Shown piece after piece: positions 59,675 through 64,000 of a stretch of 64,000 bases of DNA; the first letter of the stretch is position 1; each line of letters opens with the position of its first letter. This DNA comes from Candidatus Marinacidobacterales bacterium. GTDB taxonomy: Bacteria > Acidobacteriota > Vicinamibacteria > Marinacidobacterales > SMYC01. The notes beneath the pieces are model-generated. The model did not search any database. It saw only the letters and a list, made by a program, of their open reading frames with translations, and was not told where the DNA came from. The stretch is taken from contig OZ250169.1 of assembly GCA_965237955.1 (NCBI GenBank), positions 1,600,001 to 1,664,000 of the forward strand, read 5' to 3'. A program made the translations under genes and the position numbers.

Positions 59675-62168
59675 TTGGGACGAGAGAGCGAGCGCGCCCG
59701 GCAAGTGTCGGACCATGCGTGGCAGAGCGCGCTTTTGACCCAAGTCGTGGACGAGCTTCGCATCTCGCCCGATGAAGTCTCGGTGCTGCAAACCGCGACG
59801 ACGGTACTGGTGAGAACACTCAAGGCGTCGCGCGCCGTCGTGTACCGACGAGAAGATGATGACGCGTTTCGCGTCCGCGCTCAGTTTGCGTCCGAAGGGG
59901 TAGCGCGGCTCGAAGCGGACGCCATCCTCCCTCCCGTCTTGGCGTCGGATCGAGAGCTTGCCGAGCGTCTCTCCGCGAGCGACCTGACGGAAGAGGCCGA
60001 TCCCGAGCTCCGCGCTTTGGCGGAGCGGCTCCAGGTACACTCCATCGTGGTCGTACCGGTTGACGACGACTACATTATCGCGGTGCACCAATGTGAAGGA
60101 CCGCGTTCGTGGACGAGCACCGAACGTCGATTCATCCAGCGCTTCGCCGACCAGCTTGCATCAGCACTCACACGGGGTGCGGAATATCGCCAACAAACCG
60201 AAGAAGCTGAGGTGCGCTCCGGACTCTTGCGCGTCGCGCATGCGCTTTCCGGAGCTCGCGAGTCTCGAGCCGTTCTCGAAATCGCGACGTCGGTGGGAGC
60301 GCCGCTCGCCCAGTCTCGAGCGAGTGCGATTCTCGTCGACCGCGACCGGTGCGGTTTTCAAGTAGCTGTCCAACACGGATTCGCGCCCGAGCTTTCGCCC
60401 GCGTGCGTTCAGTCACTCGAGAGCGAGCTCGAAGATTCCGTCCGCGCGCGTTCGACGATGCGCGTGAGCCCGGACATCGCAGGCCGGTGCCCGGAGATGA
60501 AGTCGTTCGGGCCCCTCATGATCGTGCCGCTCTACTACGGGCGAGAGGCCATGGGCGTTTTCTTGTTCGAGAAAGCTCCGACCGAGAGAAGCTGGCCGGA
60601 AACCGAAGCGCACATTGCCGAGGCTTTGGGCGATCTCACCGCATCGGCGTTGAAGAACGCGAGCCTGTTCGAAACGCTCACTTCTGCGGAAGCCCGCTAC
60701 GCCGATCTGTACGACAACGCGCCCGATCTGTACCAGACGGTCGACCCCGGAGGGCGCATCCTCGACTGCAACCTGACCCAGTGCCGCACGCTCGGTTACA
60801 CGAAGGAAGACCTGGTCGGACGTCGCTTCGAGCGTGTTCTTGCGCAAGAGTCCGTCGCAACCTGGCGGAGTCTCCAGGCGGAGCTTTTCGACAAAGGGTG
60901 CGTGCACGACGCCAATCTCAAGCTTCGCGCGCGAGAAGGACGAAACGTTGATGTGGCTGTGAACGCGTCGGTGGTGCCTGGCGCCGAAGGCAAACCGCTT
61001 TCGGCGCGTGTCGTCATGCGCGACGTCAGCGAACAGCGGCGGCTCGAGCACCAGTTGCGACAAAGCCAAAAGCTCGAGGTCGTCGGTGCGCTCGCCGGGG
61101 GCATTGCTCACGATTTCAACAACGTGCTCGGAGGTATTCTCGGCTACGCGTCGCTTTTGCACGCGCATTTGCGGGATCGTCCTCACGCACAGAGATACGT
61201 GGACACTATCGAACGCTCCGCGGTGCGGGGTGCCGAGCTCACCGGAAGACTTCTAGCGGCGTCCCGGAAAGCGCCGGCCAAAAAGGAGGCGGCGAATCTC
61301 AACGAGGTCGTCGAGGAGACGCTCGAGCTCCTCGCGCACACGTTTGACAAGAGAATCCGTATCGGCAAACGTTTGGATTCTCGCGTCCGCCCCATTCTCA
61401 CCGACGCGGGCCAGCTCCAGCAGGTCGTTCTCAATCTTTGCGTCAACGCACGCGACGCTATGCCCGACGGAGGATTGTTACAGGTAGAGACGGAGGTCGA
61501 CGAGCAGGAGAATCGCCTACGCCTCTCCGTCGAGGACGCGGGCGTCGGGATGGACCCGACGACGATGCAACGACTGTTCGAGCCGTTCTTCAGCACCAAG
61601 GGCGAGGGGGGTACGGGGCTTGGGCTCAGCGTCGTCTACGAGATCGTGACCTCGCTCGGCGGTGACGTTCGCGTGAAGAGCTCTCCCGGGAAGGGCGCGC
61701 GCTTCGATATTTTCGTGCCGACGAAGTGGGTCGAAGCCCAAGACCAGCCGACGGAACTCGCCGAGCCGGTGCGCGGTCGCGGTGAGCTGGTTCTGCTCGT
61801 CGACGACGAGCGCGTCCTGCGCGAGGTGGGAAAAGAGATTCTCGAGACCCACGGCTATCGGGTTCAGGCAGTCGGGAGTGGTGAGGACGCGCTCTCGTTC
61901 ATCCGGGACTCCGACGAGGCGGTAGCCCTCGTCATCCTCGATTTTGGTCATGCCCGGCATCGACGGAGGCGAAACCTATCGCCGCCTCCGCAACGTCGAC
62001 ACCAAGGTTCCCGTCTTGTTGTCGAGCGGGCTCAGCTCCGAGGATGCCGTCAAAGAGATCATGGCCGCCGGCGCCACCGGTTTCATCCCCAAACCCTACA
62101 GGATCGGCGAACTCACCCACGCCGTGCATAGCGCGCTCCAGACGGTCGATCCCACAATGATGCATTAG
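59675..62168 (+). CDS. Hybrid sensor histidine kinase (GAF-GAF-PAS-HisKA-HATPase-REC); frameshift at the T-run about 61942-61945; start uncertain
   Basis: HQC..PR.W, PAS (DNAPDLY), LAGGIAHDFNN, NL.VNARDAMP.GG, FEPFFSTK..GGTGLGL, VLLVDDE, then MPGIDG...FIPKPY in the next frame. Confidence 0.88.
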
Positions 62169-62294
62169 GGGTCCTGCGCGCGTCCGCTACCCGCTCTCAG
62201 TTGTCCGGTCCGCATGGATCCGTGTGCGCCGGATAGCGGGAAGCCGATAGCGGATAGCCGAAACTGACTATAATCCCCCCTGAGCAGCCTCTTC

Positions 62295-63503
62295 ATGCGC
62301 ATTTTAATGATTGCCCCTCAGCCGTTTTTCCAGCCGCGGGGTACCCCGTTCAGCGAGTTTTACCGCATCCGCGCGATGACCGAGCTCGGCCACCAGGTCG
62401 ATTTGGTGACGTATCCCATCGGCGAAGACGTAGACATGACCGGGCTTTCGATTTTTCGCACCCCGGCGATCCCGGGAATCAAGTCGGTCCGCATAGGACC
62501 GTCGCTCGCGAAAATTCCTCTCGATGCGCTCGTGTTTACATCATCGTTGCGTCGCCTGGTCTCGACGCGGTACGACGTGCTCGATTGCCACGAAGAAGCG
62601 GGGTTGATGGGAGTCGTCCTCTCGAAGCTCTTCGGTATTCCAACGATCTACGACATGCACAGCTCGCTCCCGGAGCAGCTCGAGAACTTCCGCTACAGCC
62701 GCTCGAAAGTGCTGCGCTATCTCTTCGACGTCGCCGAACGCATCACCATCAAGGGCTCCGAAGCCATCATTTATATATGTCCGTACCTGGGCGAGGTCGT
62801 CACCAAAGTCGACCCCGAGAAGCCGAGCTTCCTCATCGAGAACTCGCCATTAGCGGAGTCCGGTCGAGACGTCGCTCGGGCCGAAGCCAAACGACTGCGA
62901 GTCGAGTTCGGGCTCGACGACGCCTTCGTTCTCCTCTACACCGGGACCTTCGAGGCGTACCAGGGACTCGAGCTACTCTACGAGGCGCTTTCCCGCGTGC
63001 ATGATCCCTCGGTTCGCCTGTTGATGGTCGGCGGCAAGCCAGACCAAGTCGAAGCGGCGCAACGAGACGTCGCGCGGTTTGGCATGGAAGATCGTGTTGT
63101 GTTCGTGGGCCAGCGCCCACCCGCGGAGATGTCGCTCTACCTCGCCGCCGGCGATGCCCTCGTCTCGCCGCGCTCGCACGGGAAGAACACGCCTCTCAAA
63201 ATCTACTCGTACCTGCGCGCAGGAAAACCGATCGTCGCCACCCGCATTCTCACGCACACGCAAGTACTCGATGAGGAGATCGCCGTTTTGACCGAGCCCG
63301 ATCCCGAGGCGTTTGCTCGAGGCATCGACACGATTGTGTCGGAGCGTGAGCGGGCGCGAGCGCTCGGGGACAACGCGCGGCGGCGCTCGGACCAGGAGTA
63401 CAGCTACGAACGTTATCTGGATCGGACGCGCCGGTTGTTGGATTTCGTGTCGGAGAACCTCGGGCGGCCCCTGACGCGCGAAACCCCCGCGCCAACGGAG
63501 TAA
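62295..63503 (+). CDS. Glycosyltransferase family 4
   Basis: MRILMIAPQPFF.PRGTP, YTGTF..YQG, PLKIYSYL..GKPIVAT. Confidence 0.88.
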   Translation: MRILMIAPQPFFQPRGTPFSEFYRIRAMTELGHQVDLVTYPIGEDVDMTGLSIFRTPAIPGIKSVRIGPSLAKIPLDALVFTSSLRRLVSTRYDVLDCHEEAGLMGVVLSKLFGIPTIYDMHSSLPEQLENFRYSRSKVLRYLFDVAERITIKGSEAIIYICPYLGEVVTKVDPEKPSFLIENSPLAESGRDVARAEAKRLRVEFGLDDAFVLLYTGTFEAYQGLELLYEALSRVHDPSVRLLMVGGKPDQVEAAQRDVARFGMEDRVVFVGQRPPAEMSLYLAAGDALVSPRSHGKNTPLKIYSYLRAGKPIVATRILTHTQVLDEEIAVLTEPDPEAFARGIDTIVSERERARALGDNARRRSDQEYSYERYLDRTRRLLDFVSENLGRPLTRETPAPTE

Positions 63504-63507
63504 CAGC

Positions 63508-64000
63508 TTGAAAGTCGTCGTTGCAATCGTTTTGAGTTGTTGTGCGGCGATGGCAGGCGCACAGCCCGACGCGACATCGCGGCCGCGCGCGCGAGACATC
63601 GGCATCGCCCCCGGCGTGCTTCCGACGGGGGAGCTGAACGCCATCACCGACGTCGCCGGCGTGTTGGTGGGCCAAGTGACCATCTGGAAAGGTGACGACG
63701 TCCGTACCGGCGTCACCACCATCCTTCCGCACGGCGGCAATCTGTTTCAGGAGAAAGTGCCGGCAGCGATCCATCTCGGCAATGCTTACGGGAAGCTCAT
63801 CGGCTACACCCAAGTTCGAGAGCTCGGGTTCATCGAATCGCCCATCGTGCTCACCGGGACTCTCGCTGTCTGGAATGCGGCCAACGGCGTTCTCACGTAC
63901 CTGATGGGATTACCCGGCAACGAGAACGTGAACTCGTTCAACCCCATCGTGGGCGAGACCAACGATGGGACCCTGAACGACATCCGCGGCCGTCACGTGA
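63508..64000 (+). CDS. P1/DmpA family aminopeptidase (partial, runs off the right edge)
   Basis: Manual translation: signal peptide, RPRARDIGI.PG..PTG..NAITDV.GV.VG, RTGVT.ILPH, GKL.G.TQV.ELG, P.VGETNDG.LNDIR. Confidence 0.9.
   Translation, partial: MKVVVAIVLSCCAAMAGAQPDATSRPRARDIGIAPGVLPTGELNAITDVAGVLVGQVTIWKGDDVRTGVTTILPHGGNLFQEKVPAAIHLGNAYGKLIGYTQVRELGFIESPIVLTGTLAVWNAANGVLTYLMGLPGNENVNSFNPIVGETNDGTLNDIRGRHV

Noticed and set aside
4680-61945. Multiple frameshifts as programmed recoding or genome decay
   Set aside because: Several fall in homopolymers (A8 at 17151, T4 at 61942) and hit unrelated genes, which is typical of long-read consensus error. Cannot be resolved without reads.

Overview
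GC-rich bacterial chromosomal window, probably Acidobacteriota (inferred from a GWxTD-like protein, double-length UvrA, PEP-CTERM-type protein and intergenic repeat style). Scattered frameshifts and in-frame stops suggest an error-prone, long-read-type assembly. Most of it is housekeeping: lspA-lgt-rluD, pyrRBC, truA-uvrA, uppS-cdsA-dxr-rseP, a methylcrotonyl/geranyl-CoA carboxylase cluster, egtD and a putative surface-glycosylation locus. There are two IS elements (IS5/IS903-like and ISL3), both sitting in palindromic repeats. The standout is a nine-gene, tightly coupled operon at 36341-44220 that encodes a eukaryote-like ubiquitin-conjugation set. It has a Ubl (ending EITAG-VVWA), an E1, a membrane-anchored JAB/JAMM protease, two membrane-anchored prokaryotic RING proteins, and an E2 fused to duplicated RING-like Zn fingers. 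It also has a polytopic FHA protein, a DUF2752 protein and a membrane trypsin-like protease. This looks like a candidate membrane-associated (ERAD-like or defence) ubiquitylation system. A second hidden pattern is a recurring sigma54 promoter architecture: paired TGT-N11-ACA boxes plus a -24/-12 site, found three times, ahead of a PEP-CTERM protein, a candidate sRNA and a 50-aa ORF. All calls are from reading the sequence; no database searches were run.
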